Origin: Candidatus Poribacteria bacterium
GTDB lineage: Bacteria; Poribacteria; WGA-4E; WGA-3G
Reading direction: 5' to 3'
Assembly: GCA_965242965.1 (NCBI GenBank)
Contig: OZ251518.1
Location: forward strand, 4,640,001-4,704,000
DNA length: 64,000 nucleotides
This document shows positions 26,755 through 38,620 of this stretch, one piece after another; position 1 is the first letter of the stretch; each line of letters begins with the position of its first letter. The translations under genes and the position numbers were made by a program. The notes under the pieces were generated by a model. It saw only the letters and a list, made by a program, of their open reading frames with translations, was not told where the DNA came from and ran no database searches.

Positions 26755-29700
26755 ATGACTTTCCAAGAAATTATTTTAGCCTTAGAGAAATTTTGGGCGG
26801 ATTACGGATGCGTCATCCAGCAACCTCATGACGTTGAAGTCGGCGCAGGCACTTTTAACCCCGCAACCTTTTTGCGATGCCTCGGGCCAGAACCGTGGCA
26901 AGTCGCATACGTAGAACCCGTGCGCCGCCCAACCGATGGCCGATACGCCGAAAACCCCTTCCGACTCGGGGCGTATTACCAATATCAGGTAATCCTGAAA
27001 CCCGCACCGGATAATGTGCTACCACTTTATCTTGAGAGCCTCTATCACCTCGGCATCTCGCCGCGCAAGAACGACATCCGCTTTGTCGAAGATGACTGGG
27101 AATCGCCGACGCTTGGTGCCTCCGGACTCGGATGGGAAGTGTGGTGGAACGGCGCGGAAGTAACGCAGTTCACCTATTTCCAGCAGATGGGGAGCATTGA
27201 ACTCGAGCCGATTTGTGCCGAGATTACCTACGGCCTTGAGCGCATCGCACTCTATTTGCAAGATGTGGACAACTTCTTTGACATTCGCTGGAACGAACAC
27301 GTCAACTACGGCGATGTCTATCGGCAAAGCGAGGTGGAGCACTCCACTTACAACTTTGAGCGCGCCGATGTGGACATGCTTTTCTCGCTATTTAGCACCT
27401 ACGAAAAGGAGACTTACGCTTGTTTAGACGCGGGTTTGGTCTTGCCCGCGACAGATTACGTGCTGAAATGTTCGCACACGTTCAACATGCTGGATGCACG
27501 CGGCGTTATCAGCGTCACTGAACGTGTGAGTTACATTGAACGGGTGCGGCGGCTCGCGCAGCGCATCGCGCGCGCTTACGTCAAGCAGCGCGAAGAAATG
27601 GAGCATCCGCTACTCGGAAAATGGCAGACATCTCCCCCAGCAGCCACTGGGCTCGATGCCGCCGCAGTAGGTTCTAATCTTGATGCCGCAGCCGCAAACG
27701 AAACGACAGAACTGCTTTTTGAAATCGGCACGGAAGAGATACCGGCAGGTTACGTTCCCCCTGCGCTTGAACAACTGCAGCGCATGGCATCAGACGCACT
27801 GACAGAGCACCGAATCGGGTTTGACGAGGTGAAAACCTTCGGCACCCCGCGCCGCATTACACTCGCCGTTAAAGGCATCGCCACTTTCCAAGAAAGCGAA
27901 GAGACAGAAGTGGTCGGCCCACCGAAACGCATCGCTTACGATGAAAACGGGGCGCCAACGAAAGCCGCAATCGGTTTTGCAAAAACGCAAGGCGTAGAAC
28001 TTGCAGATTTGCGCATTGTTGAAACGCAGCGGGGAGAATACGTCGCCGCTTCCAAACAAGAAGAGGGATTACCGACGCGAGAGGTATTGAAAACGCTTCT
28101 GCCGGCGTGGATTGAGAAACTCCGCTTCCCGAAAACGATGCGCTGGCAATCCCGATCCGGAGAGTCTTCCCCTTCGGCACTCGGTGCTACCTCCCGGGTG
28201 CGATTCGCGCGCCCCATCCGATGGCTCGTTGCACTCCTTGGCGAAGAGGTGGTTGAGTGCAACTACGGACAGGTAACCTCCGGACAGGTAACCTACGGGC
28301 ATCGTTCGCTGTCCCCGGAACCGATAACATTAGCGTCTGCCTCGTTAGTGTCCTATGTCTCGCAATTGCGGCAAGCGAATGTCATCGTAGACCCGGGCGA
28401 ACGGCGCGAGACGATTGCGTCTCAAGTTACGGGCATTTTAGCAGCTGAGGGATGCCTGCCAAGATTGGATGCAGAACTGCTGGACACAGTCACCTATTTG
28501 GTAGAAAACCCGCAGCCGATTGTGGGCAATTTTAGCGAATCGCACTTGGCATTACCCCCTGAAGTGTTGATTACGGCGATGAAGAAGCATCAACGCTATT
28601 TCCCGATGTGGAAAAACGCCACCGAATTGTCGGCGGCGTTCATTACGATTTCCAACGGAACAGATGGGAATTTCGACGGCGTTCAGCACGGAAACGAACG
28701 CGTCCTCCGGGCGCGCCTCAACGATGCAGAGTTCTTCTATCGCGAGGACAGGAAGGTTAGCCTCGCTGATAAAGTGGAGCGGTTAGGCGCAGTGATTTTC
28801 CACGCCAAACTCGGCTCGCTGTTGGAGAAAGCGGAACGGCTTAAGGCACTAGTTCGGTTTATCGGCGAAGAACTGCAGGTCGCGGAGACGACGTGTCGTC
28901 ATGCTGAGCGCGCGGCGTGGCTCTGCAAAGCGGATTTGACAACGCAACTCGTCATTGAATTTCCCACTTTGCAAGGGGTTATGGGGCAATACTACGCGCG
29001 CAACTCCGGCGAAGCAGAACCTGTCGCCACTGCCATTGCTGAACACTACCAACCCCTTGGGGCAGATACCCCCACGCCGGAAACAGAGGTAGGCGCGCTG
29101 CTGTCCATCGCAGATAAATTGGATACCATCGTTGGTTATTTCGGCATTGAGGAACGTCCTACCGGTTCGCAAGATGCGTATGCTTTACGGCGGCATGCCC
29201 TCGGCACACTTCGTATTCTTCAGGATAGGCAGTTGTCGCTCTCGTTGGAGGCTGTCATCAAAAAGGCACTATCGCTTTACGCCGTAGATTTGGCGATGGA
29301 TACCGAGACAAGCGTGCTCGGTTTTATCAAGGAACGCTTCCGAGGCATTCTTCAAACGCACGGATACGCTCCCGATGTTGCGGAGGCAGTGTTAGCTGTC
29401 GGCGAGATAGATGTGCCTCACATTTTTGAACGCGCCGAGGCAGTAGCCAGTTTTCGGTTGACTGCAAACTTTGAAGCAGTGTATAATGCACTCAATCGGG
29501 TGTTGCGGATTTTGCCGGAGAACCCGCCGACAGCGGTGGATGAAACGCTGTTGATAGACGACGCGGAGAAGAATCTCTACGCGTGCGTCATCGCCGCGGA
29601 ACCGAAATTTGAGGGCAGCGATTCTTCACAACTGCTGACACACTTGGCGGCACTGCAGCCGGCAATCGACCGGTTTTTTGACGATGTTTTGGTTATGGCA

Positions 29701-29802
29701 AAGGAACGCGAGGTGCGTGAAAATCGGTTGGCGTTGCTAAACCGCATTGCGCAAGGCATCTACGCCGTAGCTGACCTGGGGAAATTGGTAATTGCAGGGT
29801 AG
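26755..29802 (+). CDS. glyQS: Fused glycyl-tRNA synthetase alpha+beta
   Basis: [26 protein letters not shown]; [32 protein letters not shown]. Confidence 0.95.
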   Translation: MTFQEIILALEKFWADYGCVIQQPHDVEVGAGTFNPATFLRCLGPEPWQVAYVEPVRRPTDGRYAENPFRLGAYYQYQVILKPAPDNVLPLYLESLYHLGISPRKNDIRFVEDDWESPTLGASGLGWEVWWNGAEVTQFTYFQQMGSIELEPICAEITYGLERIALYLQDVDNFFDIRWNEHVNYGDVYRQSEVEHSTYNFERADVDMLFSLFSTYEKETYACLDAGLVLPATDYVLKCSHTFNMLDARGVISVTERVSYIERVRRLAQRIARAYVKQREEMEHPLLGKWQTSPPAATGLDAAAVGSNLDAAAANETTELLFEIGTEEIPAGYVPPALEQLQRMASDALTEHRIGFDEVKTFGTPRRITLAVKGIATFQESEETEVVGPPKRIAYDENGAPTKAAIGFAKTQGVELADLRIVETQRGEYVAASKQEEGLPTREVLKTLLPAWIEKLRFPKTMRWQSRSGESSPSALGATSRVRFARPIRWLVALLGEEVVECNYGQVTSGQVTYGHRSLSPEPITLASASLVSYVSQLRQANVIVDPGERRETIASQVTGILAAEGCLPRLDAELLDTVTYLVENPQPIVGNFSESHLALPPEVLITAMKKHQRYFPMWKNATELSAAFITISNGTDGNFDGVQHGNERVLRARLNDAEFFYREDRKVSLADKVERLGAVIFHAKLGSLLEKAERLKALVRFIGEELQVAETTCRHAERAAWLCKADLTTQLVIEFPTLQGVMGQYYARNSGEAEPVATAIAEHYQPLGADTPTPETEVGALLSIADKLDTIVGYFGIEERPTGSQDAYALRRHALGTLRILQDRQLSLSLEAVIKKALSLYAVDLAMDTETSVLGFIKERFRGILQTHGYAPDVAEAVLAVGEIDVPHIFERAEAVASFRLTANFEAVYNALNRVLRILPENPPTAVDETLLIDDAEKNLYACVIAAEPKFEGSDSSQLLTHLAALQPAIDRFFDDVLVMAKEREVRENRLALLNRIAQGIYAVADLGKLVIAG

Positions 29803-29908
29803 AGGAAGGCTCCATTTCGCTAAAGCACCGTTAGGGGCTTAATAATACTCTGATAACGACGAAAAAGGGAGGCGACATTCTTTTCAAAGCGGTGTTGCGG
29901 CAACATTT

Positions 29909-32900
29909 ATGAAAAAATACGTGATAATTTATATCTATCTCACCCTCGCCGTGGCAATTGCGGCTTTAATCGGGTGTGGCGAAAAAGAGGATAAGGACAT
30001 TCTGGCGGCGCGCGGCGCAACTGTCGGCGGCGATTACGCTGCGGCGCAAACCGCCATTCAAAAGGCAGTGACAACTGACACCGCAAATCAGGAGGCGAAA
30101 CTAGTTGATGCCTTCCTGAAACTCCGAACGAATACCGACGCGGCCAGTTGGCACCAAACTCTCGCGCAATCGGTAGCGCATCTGGAGACAGTAAACGCCG
30201 ACATCCGTGCTATCTCTTTGCTGGAGGATCCGGATTCTGACGAGTTGGACCGGCAGGAGCGGCTTATTCGTTCGCGGAATTCTATTTCTGGCACCTTCGC
30301 CGCGACTTTCGCTGAAGCGGTGGAGAAACGCGCCGAACTGCTCCCCGAATTAATTGCACACGCCGACGCTGCGGTAGTCACCGCGCTGTTGGAGGCAGAA
30401 AAGTGCTATCAACCGGCGGCCCGTGCCAAAGTCGCGCAACTTGCCGCGAAACTGGGCAATGACGAAAATAACGAACAAGCCACGGAACTGCTAATACAGG
30501 CGACGCAGCATAACGATGCAGGTATCCGAGAAGAGGCACTCCGGCATCTCGGCACGATGCGGAAAGCAGAACTCATTCCGATATTTGAATCAGTCCTCGC
30601 CAAAACGGATGAGGCACCGGCTGTCGCATATCGGGCTGTCGCCGCGCTAGAGCAACTTGCAGAGGAGACATCCCGTTCCCGACAATCTGCCGCTATAGGT
30701 TCGGAACGCCTGAGCCGAATTTCCCAAGCATTGCAAATGGCACTGAAAAACAATAGCGCGCAAGTTCGGATGCACGCAGCGAAACTCCTCGGTGCTATCC
30801 AAGCCGAGACTGCGGTGCCCGAGCTCGTCCGGCTCCTCGCCGATTCAAACATTTATGTGAAAGATACGGCGATAGCCTCACTTAACCGCATCGGGGATGA
30901 AGCGGTTGCGCCGTTGCTTGAGGTGCTGGCGACAGGCGCGCGCAACCTGATTCCTGACGAGGATACCGGAACGGCCAGCGAATACCGATACATAGCGAGT
31001 GCTTACATTGACAATGCGTGGATGAAAAAGTATCGCATCAGCGCGCAGGCGGCGGCAATTCAGACGCTGGGATTTCTCAAAGTGGAGGCCGGAGTTCGGC
31101 CGCTTATTGCACTGTTAGCCAATGAAGATTTGAAAGTTGAAGCATTGACGGCTCTTATTGCGATGCGGGGAGCGGCGGTGCCGGCCATGCTCGATGCACT
31201 CAAAAATGACACCGATGCGATTCGGATTAAGGTTGCGGAGGCACTTGGAAACATCGGCGACAGGCGCGCGATAGTTCCCTTAATTGAGGCATTGGACAAC
31301 GATGCGCACAAGGAGGTAAAAGCACTCGCCGCGAAGGGCCTTGGCACTATGCAGGCGCGCGGCGAAAACAATCGTGCAGTCGCCTCGCTGACGCATGCGC
31401 TGACTTATGACGATACTACCGTTACCAATGCGGCGGAGGCACTCGGAAACATCGGCGTAGCCACGGAAGAGGCTGTGCGAAAGTTGATAGTCATCGCCAT
31501 GGACAAACAGCGGCGTGAAACGGTGCGTTCGGCGGCGATTGCCGCGCTGTGGCAACTCAAACCCGCGAAAGCGACGCAACCGATGCTCCTGTTAATGCTC
31601 AGTGACGAAACCAGTCCTATCATCCGGGCGAACGCCGTGAAGGTGCTGAGCCGCGTTGAAACAGAGGAGACTGTGCCAGTGCTCCTCTGGGTGTTGTCAA
31701 CCCGATTTGATGAAATCTCCGATTTCCAGCGGCACATGAAGCGCGCGTATAAGACGCTTGACGCGCTCAGGGCCCAAGTTGAATCCTTGAAGGTGCAGTG
31801 GACTGCGGATTACCCGCGTGCTAACTATCGGACATGGGGGGAATTAAAACCTTTTCCGAGTCTGGTGCGCAGCGAAGTCGCACGCACACTCGGCATCCTT
31901 GGGAGAGGCGAACTTCCGGCCGTGGAAAAAGCGACGGTTGCTGAACCCTTGATTCGCGCGCTGGAAGATGACGAACGCGCCACCGTCCGGCGCAGTGCGG
32001 CATGGGCCCTCGGCGAAGTCAAAGGCGATGCAGTCATCGCACCGCTCGTTAACGCGCTGAAAAAGGACAAACAAGGCGTGGTTCGGCAAGAATCTGCCAT
32101 CGCGCTCGGCAAAATCAAAGGACAGAAAGTGATAGAACCACTGCTAGATGTGCTGAGAAACGATAAGTATGAGACAACTCGGTTTGAAGCGGCGAAGGCA
32201 CTACGAGAAATACAGGCTGGTGATAAGGGCCTCGTTGAGATTGTCGAAAAGGGATTGGGCAGTTTTGACGACGGCTACGAAGTCCAATCTGTCCAAAATG
32301 AGGTGCTCGGTGCTTTAATCAAAGACGGCAATGATGCGACATCAAACTTCGCGATGGACGCGCTCAAATCAGCCGACGACGAATGGACGCGCTGGGCCCT
32401 CGTGCATGTCATTGGGAGCCTGAATAAAAAACCTGCCGTTGATACCCTATTGGCGGAATTGAAGCATCCCAGTTACGTCATCCGCAAACGGGCGGCGGGC
32501 GAACTCGGCGGGTTTAAGGAACGGCGGACGGTTGAGCCTTTAATCGCGGTGCTTGAAAATCGCGATGAAGCAAAGTCGATTCGGGCGGCCGCTGCGGTTT
32601 CGCTTGGCGCGCTGAAAGACGAACGCGCTGTCGCGCCCTTGCAAACTGCGCTTGAAGACGAACACGCTGAAATCCGATTACAGGCTGCAGCCGCCCTCGG
32701 CACACTCAAGGATGCGAAAGCCGTCCCGAAACTGAGCCAGATGGTTGAAAACCCGCTGGAAGCGGATAACGTCCGTGCCGCTGCCGCTGCTGCACTCGGT
32801 AACATCGGGGATAAAACGGCGGAGGCGGTGCTTATTCGAGCATTGGATATCCGCGTCGGCGAGATTGCCAACAATGCTATTGTCGCCTTGGGGAAACTCA

Positions 32901-33826
32901 AGAGCGAAACGGCTGTCCCACGCTTAGTCGCTATTCTTGGAGACAAGGCGATAACCTTGGATGCCAGCACGGATGCATTGGCGAAGGCATCGGCGCGCAC
33001 GAAAGCAGCAACGGCTCTCGGCGAAATTGGAGGAGCTCTTGCCGCCGAAGCGGTGGGTAAACGGCTCGTTGACGATACGGAATATATCGTCGCGCTCCAA
33101 GATGCAGGCGAAAGGCAAGCGACAGGACAAGACCGGCTCAAGCGCAACTGGAGCTGGGAGGTTTTCGTCAATGCAGCCAAAAAGTTGGAGCTGCCGGCAG
33201 CGGTTGGACCGGAAATGGCGGAACGCGCCGCCGATGAATGGGAAGACTTCCAAGTCCGGAACGCCGCCATGGTGGTTTCAGTACGGAGCAAAGCCGGCGA
33301 TGCGGCGATGGATGTCTCGCTCATCAAGCAGCGGTTGGCTGACTCAAATGTCGATATCCGAAAAGCCGCCGCCCTCGGTGTCGGACAAGGAGGTGTCGCC
33401 GCGCTCACGGCAGACCTGGTTCAAATTATGAAGGGCGAAACCGAAGAGGATAAAGATGTTCGGCGCGCCGCAACACAGGGACTCGGCGAATTGGCAGACG
33501 TTGCAACAACCGATGTGCTCATCGAAGTGATGAACAACGATGACAATCACGTCGAAATCCGCAGAGATGCCTCGCGCGCGCTTGGCAAAATCGGAACGGA
33601 TAAAGCGGCGGCCGCGCTTGTTGCAAAACTCACCGAATTGCGTGATGCAAACATCACGCGGGGATTTCAACTCGATCTCATCAAGGCTCTCGGCGATGCG
33701 AAACAGGCAAACGGAGTGCAACTGCTTGAGACAATTCTCGAAGACTCGGACGCGGAGATTCATTTCCAAGCCGCGGCCGCGCTCTTTGAAATTACGGGGA
33801 AAGGCTACGGCTATAATCGGCTATAG
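29909..33826 (+). CDS. Large HEAT-repeat (PBS lyase-like) lipoprotein
   Basis: Lipobox LIGC; many VR..AA.ALG.IGD.RAV.PL..AL repeats. Confidence 0.88.
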   Translation: MKKYVIIYIYLTLAVAIAALIGCGEKEDKDILAARGATVGGDYAAAQTAIQKAVTTDTANQEAKLVDAFLKLRTNTDAASWHQTLAQSVAHLETVNADIRAISLLEDPDSDELDRQERLIRSRNSISGTFAATFAEAVEKRAELLPELIAHADAAVVTALLEAEKCYQPAARAKVAQLAAKLGNDENNEQATELLIQATQHNDAGIREEALRHLGTMRKAELIPIFESVLAKTDEAPAVAYRAVAALEQLAEETSRSRQSAAIGSERLSRISQALQMALKNNSAQVRMHAAKLLGAIQAETAVPELVRLLADSNIYVKDTAIASLNRIGDEAVAPLLEVLATGARNLIPDEDTGTASEYRYIASAYIDNAWMKKYRISAQAAAIQTLGFLKVEAGVRPLIALLANEDLKVEALTALIAMRGAAVPAMLDALKNDTDAIRIKVAEALGNIGDRRAIVPLIEALDNDAHKEVKALAAKGLGTMQARGENNRAVASLTHALTYDDTTVTNAAEALGNIGVATEEAVRKLIVIAMDKQRRETVRSAAIAALWQLKPAKATQPMLLLMLSDETSPIIRANAVKVLSRVETEETVPVLLWVLSTRFDEISDFQRHMKRAYKTLDALRAQVESLKVQWTADYPRANYRTWGELKPFPSLVRSEVARTLGILGRGELPAVEKATVAEPLIRALEDDERATVRRSAAWALGEVKGDAVIAPLVNALKKDKQGVVRQESAIALGKIKGQKVIEPLLDVLRNDKYETTRFEAAKALREIQAGDKGLVEIVEKGLGSFDDGYEVQSVQNEVLGALIKDGNDATSNFAMDALKSADDEWTRWALVHVIGSLNKKPAVDTLLAELKHPSYVIRKRAAGELGGFKERRTVEPLIAVLENRDEAKSIRAAAAVSLGALKDERAVAPLQTALEDEHAEIRLQAAAALGTLKDAKAVPKLSQMVENPLEADNVRAAAAAALGNIGDKTAEAVLIRALDIRVGEIANNAIVALGKLKSETAVPRLVAILGDKAITLDASTDALAKASARTKAATALGEIGGALAAEAVGKRLVDDTEYIVALQDAGERQATGQDRLKRNWSWEVFVNAAKKLELPAAVGPEMAERAADEWEDFQVRNAAMVVSVRSKAGDAAMDVSLIKQRLADSNVDIRKAAALGVGQGGVAALTADLVQIMKGETEEDKDVRRAATQGLGELADVATTDVLIEVMNNDDNHVEIRRDASRALGKIGTDKAAAALVAKLTELRDANITRGFQLDLIKALGDAKQANGVQLLETILEDSDAEIHFQAAAALFEITGKGYGYNRL

Positions 33827-33930
33827 GCGTAGGCGAGCCCTCGAAGAAAATGACCCCCGCACGCCCGTAGCGCGGGGGCCTGTCCCCCGCGATCGCAGCC
33901 TGGCGAGGGACAGGCCCTCGCCCTACGGTG
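33827..33930. repeat. REP doublet
   Basis: GTAGCGCGGGGGCCTGTCCCCCGCG + GGCGAGGGACAGGCCCTCGCCCTAC. Confidence 0.85.
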
Positions 33931-34000
33931 AAGAAAACGGCCCCCGCGAACGTAAAGAGACAACGGGGCTTACCAATATTAACATTTACAGGAGATTTTT

Positions 34001-34324
34001 ATGGCTTTCTTTGAATTACGGCAATACCGAACGAAACCCGGTCAGCGCGATAACTGGGTGAAATACATGGAAGAAACGGTCATCCCCTATCAGATTTCCA
34101 AAGGAATGGTAGTGATTGGCAGTTTCATCGGTGAAGAAGAGGACGACCTTTACGTCTGGATTCGCCGGTTTGAGAGCGAGGAACAGCGTGAGCGGCTCTA
34201 TGCCGCCGTTTATGAAGACGAGCGGTGGGTAAACGAGATCTCCCCGCGAGTCGGTGAATTGTTGGACCGGGAGCAGATTGTCGTCACGCGGCTCGTGCCG
34301 ACATCGCGTTCGGCGCATCAGTAG
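34001..34324 (+). CDS. NIPSNAP family protein
   Basis: FFELRQY..KPG, YVWIRRFESE..R. Confidence 0.85.
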   Translation: MAFFELRQYRTKPGQRDNWVKYMEETVIPYQISKGMVVIGSFIGEEEDDLYVWIRRFESEEQRERLYAAVYEDERWVNEISPRVGELLDREQIVVTRLVPTSRSAHQ

Positions 34325-34388
34325 AACCCGCGGGGTTTCTTTTTCGGGTAGGCGCGCTTTGCAAGCGCGCCGCACACGAGGTGATAGA

Positions 34389-35135
34389 ATGAACGCAAAA
34401 GAGAAATATCTGTTCGACCTGGGTGGGTATATCAACGTCGAGAACGTCCTGTCCGCCGATGAACTTGAGGAACTGAACACTCTCATTGACGAACAAACGT
34501 ATGATGCCCCGAAGGACGACAGCATCCATTCACAGCGGTTCGGTGGGTTTCTGAATTGGGAGAACGATGCCTTCCGGCGGCTCCTCAACCATCCCCGCCT
34601 CATGCCGTTCTTAGAGGAGATAGTCGGACCGAAGTTTCGGTTGGACCACGTCTACGGCATCCTTATGCAGGATGGAAACCCCGGCGGCACACTACACGGC
34701 GGCGGCACACCGTATGATCCGGCTCAATACTACGTCTTCCGCAACGGAAGAATGTATAACGGCTTAACAGTCGTCTCGTGGGCACTCACCGATATGCAGG
34801 AAGGCGATGGTGGGTTTTGTTGTATCCCCGGTAGCCATAAGAGCAACTATCCGTGCCCGCCGGAGTTTCGGCCAGTGAAGGATAACAAAACCTGCATGGT
34901 GCCTGTCCCACAGAAGGCAGGGGATGCAGTTATCTTTACGGAGGCATTAACGCATGGAACGTTGCCGTGGACGGCGGCGCATCAGCGGCGTTCGATCCTC
35001 TACAAGTATTCGCCGGGGCATTCTTCGTGGGGACAGGGCCGTTATGACGACGAACTCCGCGAGTTGATGACTTCGGAAGACCAGAAGTTAATGTTGGAGC
35101 CGCCTTACGTTTCTAATCGCAAACCTGTAGTTTAA
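34389..35135 (+). CDS. PhyH family dioxygenase
   Basis: KYLFDL.GY, LHGG, GGFCCIPGSHKSN, FTEALTHGT.PW. Confidence 0.85.
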   Translation: MNAKEKYLFDLGGYINVENVLSADELEELNTLIDEQTYDAPKDDSIHSQRFGGFLNWENDAFRRLLNHPRLMPFLEEIVGPKFRLDHVYGILMQDGNPGGTLHGGGTPYDPAQYYVFRNGRMYNGLTVVSWALTDMQEGDGGFCCIPGSHKSNYPCPPEFRPVKDNKTCMVPVPQKAGDAVIFTEALTHGTLPWTAAHQRRSILYKYSPGHSSWGQGRYDDELRELMTSEDQKLMLEPPYVSNRKPVV

Positions 35136-35243
35136 AGTTTACTTGGCTACAGCGAACAAACCCGGTAGGCGCGCTTGCAAAGCGCGCCTATCTGAATGAA
35201 ACGTGGGGAATCCTGAAAGAAAAAACTGCCGAGGTATGTTAAA

Positions 35244-38210
35244 ATGAACCACCAACCAGAAAACGTTATCACGTCAGAATTAGTTATCATTCTCAATAAA
35301 ATGAGCGCGACTTGGACGCTAGAGCAACACCAGCGTCCCTTCCGTGATAGCCAGAAAAACCCCGATGTGTTGATGACTAAGAATGGACATGAACCCGTTG
35401 CGATTGAAGCAAAATATGCCGATCCCCAAAACGAAAAACGCCTATTGGAACAAGCGACAAAACATATCGGGCGCGAACTGAAGCTCGGGTATGACTCGTT
35501 AACCAATGTCCTCCACACGGCGATGGCAATTCGCTATCCGGTTTGGCTCAGGGATGTCGCGGGCAGGAACGTTGCACGGAAACTTCGCGATACCGATGAA
35601 CTCCTCTATCTGCTCATCGGGCAGAGTGGCGGCGAAGGTTACCAATTTCCCCGCACGGGATGGGCGAAAGGCACCGTTGCCGATATTGCCAACGCGCTGC
35701 ATGTCGGTGCAATACCGAGGGAACGAATAGATAGAGCCGCCGAGGAGATGGAATACGACATTGGATTCGCCGCGGGATGGCTTGAAGCCGCGATTAAAGA
35801 ACGGCCCATCATCGGGAAGCGAATTGAGACTATCCTGCACCAAGAGGCTGGCGAGCAGACTTACCGCATGGCCATGCTCATTGTCACCGACGCGTTCCTG
35901 TTTCAGTCCTCACTCGCAGGAAAGCCGGGAATGGAACAGGTCCAATCCCTGAAAGCGTGCCTGCAGGACACCGAATTCTCCGCTGTGGTTCATGATTGGG
36001 AGACGATTCTGAGTGTGAACTACATCCCTATCTTTGAGGATGCAAAGCGGATTATAGAAGTCATCGCCACAGATGACAGGCTGATTGATAGACTGCTAGG
36101 GCTCCTCTGCGCGGCTGCGGCAGACCTTGTGGAGACAGGCCTCGCCCAAATCCACGAACTCGCGGGTGAGGTTTTCCAAAAACTCATCGTTGACAGGAAA
36201 TACATTAAGGCGAATTACACACTGCCGACATCGGCGGCACTCCTTGCAACGCTGGTATGCCCAGAATTACCGGCAGGGAAACTGCCGAAAGTCGCCGACT
36301 TCGCCTGCGGCACGGGCTCGCTGCTGAATAGCGTTTACAAGCGCGTGCAACGGCTTTATGAACAAGGCGGCGGGAACTGCGCGGACATTCACCAAGAAAT
36401 GCTGGAAAACAAAATCGGTGGCAGTGATGTCATGCCGAACGCCACGCACATCACGTTTGCATCGCTGGCGAGCACGCACCCCGGCATCCCGCTCGGTGCA
36501 ACCCGCATTATCACCGCGCCCTACGGAAAACAGGATGATGACGTTTACGCACTCGGTTCGTTGGAACTGCTGGACAGCCAGGAACTCTTCGATCCGATGG
36601 AACTCACAGCCGAACAGGTCAACGGCAATGGAAATACCTCCGTCGTCATGAAGCGCGAGTTCCCCGATGGCGAAATGGACATCGTGATTCAAAACCCACC
36701 CTTTATCCGCCCCGGGTCTGACGTAGGGAGAGGGATACCGAAAACAACGTTCCAAGGAACGCAGCGGCCCGCAGAGGAGCAGAAATCCATGCAAGCGGCT
36801 TTAGGGCGAAAACAGACACGCGTCGCACATGGGCAAGCCGGATTCGTCTCCTATTTTGTTGAACTTGCCGATAAAAAATTGTCCGAGAGCGGCACCCTGG
36901 GGTTCATCCTTCCCGCGAGGGTTCTCAATTCGCCACCGGCACAAAAATTGCGGGATATGTTGGCGACGGAATACCACGATGTCGCGGTAATAACCATCGC
37001 TGCCGCGAAGGGACGCGACTGCTCTTTCTCCGCCGATACGGATATGGCGGAATGCATGATTGTCGCGAAGAAGGGGAAGACAGCAACGACAGGCCGCGGC
37101 AAGTTCATCTGCCTCAACGCGCGCCCCCAAAATGACCTGGAAGCCATCGCGCTGGCCGATTATATCACCAAAACGGTGGATGCCCGCGCCTTGGAAGACG
37201 CGCCGAGTGGTGGGAATATCATCCGCATTGGAGACGAGCCAGTGGGACAGATGCTTAGGTGTCCGCTGCCGGCCGGAGAAACTTGGATAGCGGTGCGGAT
37301 AAAATCGATGGCACTGCTTCAATCCTTTCATCAACTCGTCAGTGAAAAAACGTTGTGGGTGCCGACGCATGTAGAGACGGTGCAGATTCCGGTGTGCCGG
37401 GTTGATGAGATAGCGACCCCTGCGAGTAACGATTCAAGAGGCGTGTTTGAGATGGTGAAAGGCAATAGCGGCGATGGGTATCCCTGCCTGTGGAACGCGA
37501 ACAGTTATCAGCAGCGAGCCATGGTCGTGCATCCAGATTCCCGCGGGATACCGATTCCCGGGGCGGAGCAAAAGGTGCGGCGGCGCGTGCGGTTCAATAG
37601 TCGGGCACATTACAATGTGCTTTTGGGGATGGCATCGCACTCAGTGGCAGTTCTATTGACAGAGGCACCCGCAATCGGCGCGAAACCGATGACGAATGTC
37701 TGGTTTGAAAACCCGCGTCACGAGATTCCCTTTACGCTTTGGTGCAATTCTACGCTTGGATTGTTATGTCACTGGGGACATTGCAATAAGCAGCAAACCA
37801 GCCGCGGTATGTTGTCGCTTGAAACCTTACGCAGCCTACCAACGCTGGATGTGCGTGCCTTGAGCGATGCCCAACTCTCGGCTGCCGAGACAGTCTTCGC
37901 TGACATGAAGTATGAGCGGATGCTGCCTTTCAACGAGTGTTGGGATGACGCTGCACGGCAACGGCTAGATGAACGGTTACTTACCGAGGTGCTCGGTATC
38001 ACCGACCCGGGTGTCCATGCGGCGATGCAAACGCTGCGAGATCTGCTTAGCGCGGAGCCGAGTGTCAACGGCGCAAAGAAATCCCGATGCGACCTGCAGC
38101 AGGAATTAGAAGCCCTGGCAGAACAGGGTATCGTGCTACCGGGGATGACAAATGGAGAAAATCCTGACGCAACTCCCGCCGGAAATGAGCCACAAACTCC
38201 GCTCAAGTAG
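35244..38210 (+). CDS. Type IIG R-M fusion (PD-(D/E)xK nuclease + N6-adenine MTase + TRD)
   Basis: PDVLM..IEAK, motif I DFACGTGSLL, motif IV NPPF. Confidence 0.8.
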   Translation: MNHQPENVITSELVIILNKMSATWTLEQHQRPFRDSQKNPDVLMTKNGHEPVAIEAKYADPQNEKRLLEQATKHIGRELKLGYDSLTNVLHTAMAIRYPVWLRDVAGRNVARKLRDTDELLYLLIGQSGGEGYQFPRTGWAKGTVADIANALHVGAIPRERIDRAAEEMEYDIGFAAGWLEAAIKERPIIGKRIETILHQEAGEQTYRMAMLIVTDAFLFQSSLAGKPGMEQVQSLKACLQDTEFSAVVHDWETILSVNYIPIFEDAKRIIEVIATDDRLIDRLLGLLCAAAADLVETGLAQIHELAGEVFQKLIVDRKYIKANYTLPTSAALLATLVCPELPAGKLPKVADFACGTGSLLNSVYKRVQRLYEQGGGNCADIHQEMLENKIGGSDVMPNATHITFASLASTHPGIPLGATRIITAPYGKQDDDVYALGSLELLDSQELFDPMELTAEQVNGNGNTSVVMKREFPDGEMDIVIQNPPFIRPGSDVGRGIPKTTFQGTQRPAEEQKSMQAALGRKQTRVAHGQAGFVSYFVELADKKLSESGTLGFILPARVLNSPPAQKLRDMLATEYHDVAVITIAAAKGRDCSFSADTDMAECMIVAKKGKTATTGRGKFICLNARPQNDLEAIALADYITKTVDARALEDAPSGGNIIRIGDEPVGQMLRCPLPAGETWIAVRIKSMALLQSFHQLVSEKTLWVPTHVETVQIPVCRVDEIATPASNDSRGVFEMVKGNSGDGYPCLWNANSYQQRAMVVHPDSRGIPIPGAEQKVRRRVRFNSRAHYNVLLGMASHSVAVLLTEAPAIGAKPMTNVWFENPRHEIPFTLWCNSTLGLLCHWGHCNKQQTSRGMLSLETLRSLPTLDVRALSDAQLSAAETVFADMKYERMLPFNECWDDAARQRLDERLLTEVLGITDPGVHAAMQTLRDLLSAEPSVNGAKKSRCDLQQELEALAEQGIVLPGMTNGENPDATPAGNEPQTPLK

Positions 38211-38225
38211 GAGAACTACCCCGCA

Positions 38226-38579
38226 ATGAGACGCAACAACTTCATCACGCCAGTGTGGAAGAAAAAGAACGCTATCCTTGACTGTTTCATAGATATAGCG
38301 TGCATCTTCGTAATCTTCATGCTCGTCACATCCGAGACGCTCAACCTTGACTCAATAGGAAAATTAGGCGATGGAGATCCTCGAGAGGAAATCGCACTAG
38401 TCCTTGCTGCCGGAGCGGCTGTAGTCCGCCTGGTCTTAACTGTCGCTGTTTTCACCACAGCACCGGGATGGGCACCTGTAGCCGCAGCGGTTGGAGCCGG
38501 CTTGCTGTTCGTCAGTATATGTCTCGTCGCCTGGGATTACTTTGATGGTAACGATACAGGGATGTTCAAGTTCAACTGA
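38226..38579 (+). CDS. Small hydrophobic peptide A (GDPREEIALV family); possible UGA readthrough to 38654
   Basis: Paralog of the 38762 ORF; SD ggag. Confidence 0.6.
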   Translation: MRRNNFITPVWKKKNAILDCFIDIACIFVIFMLVTSETLNLDSIGKLGDGDPREEIALVLAAGAAVVRLVLTVAVFTTAPGWAPVAAAVGAGLLFVSICLVAWDYFDGNDTGMFKFN

Positions 38580-38620
38580 CCTCATTGTGACACCGGTGGC
38601 GGCAGCGCGTGTTGCAAGCG

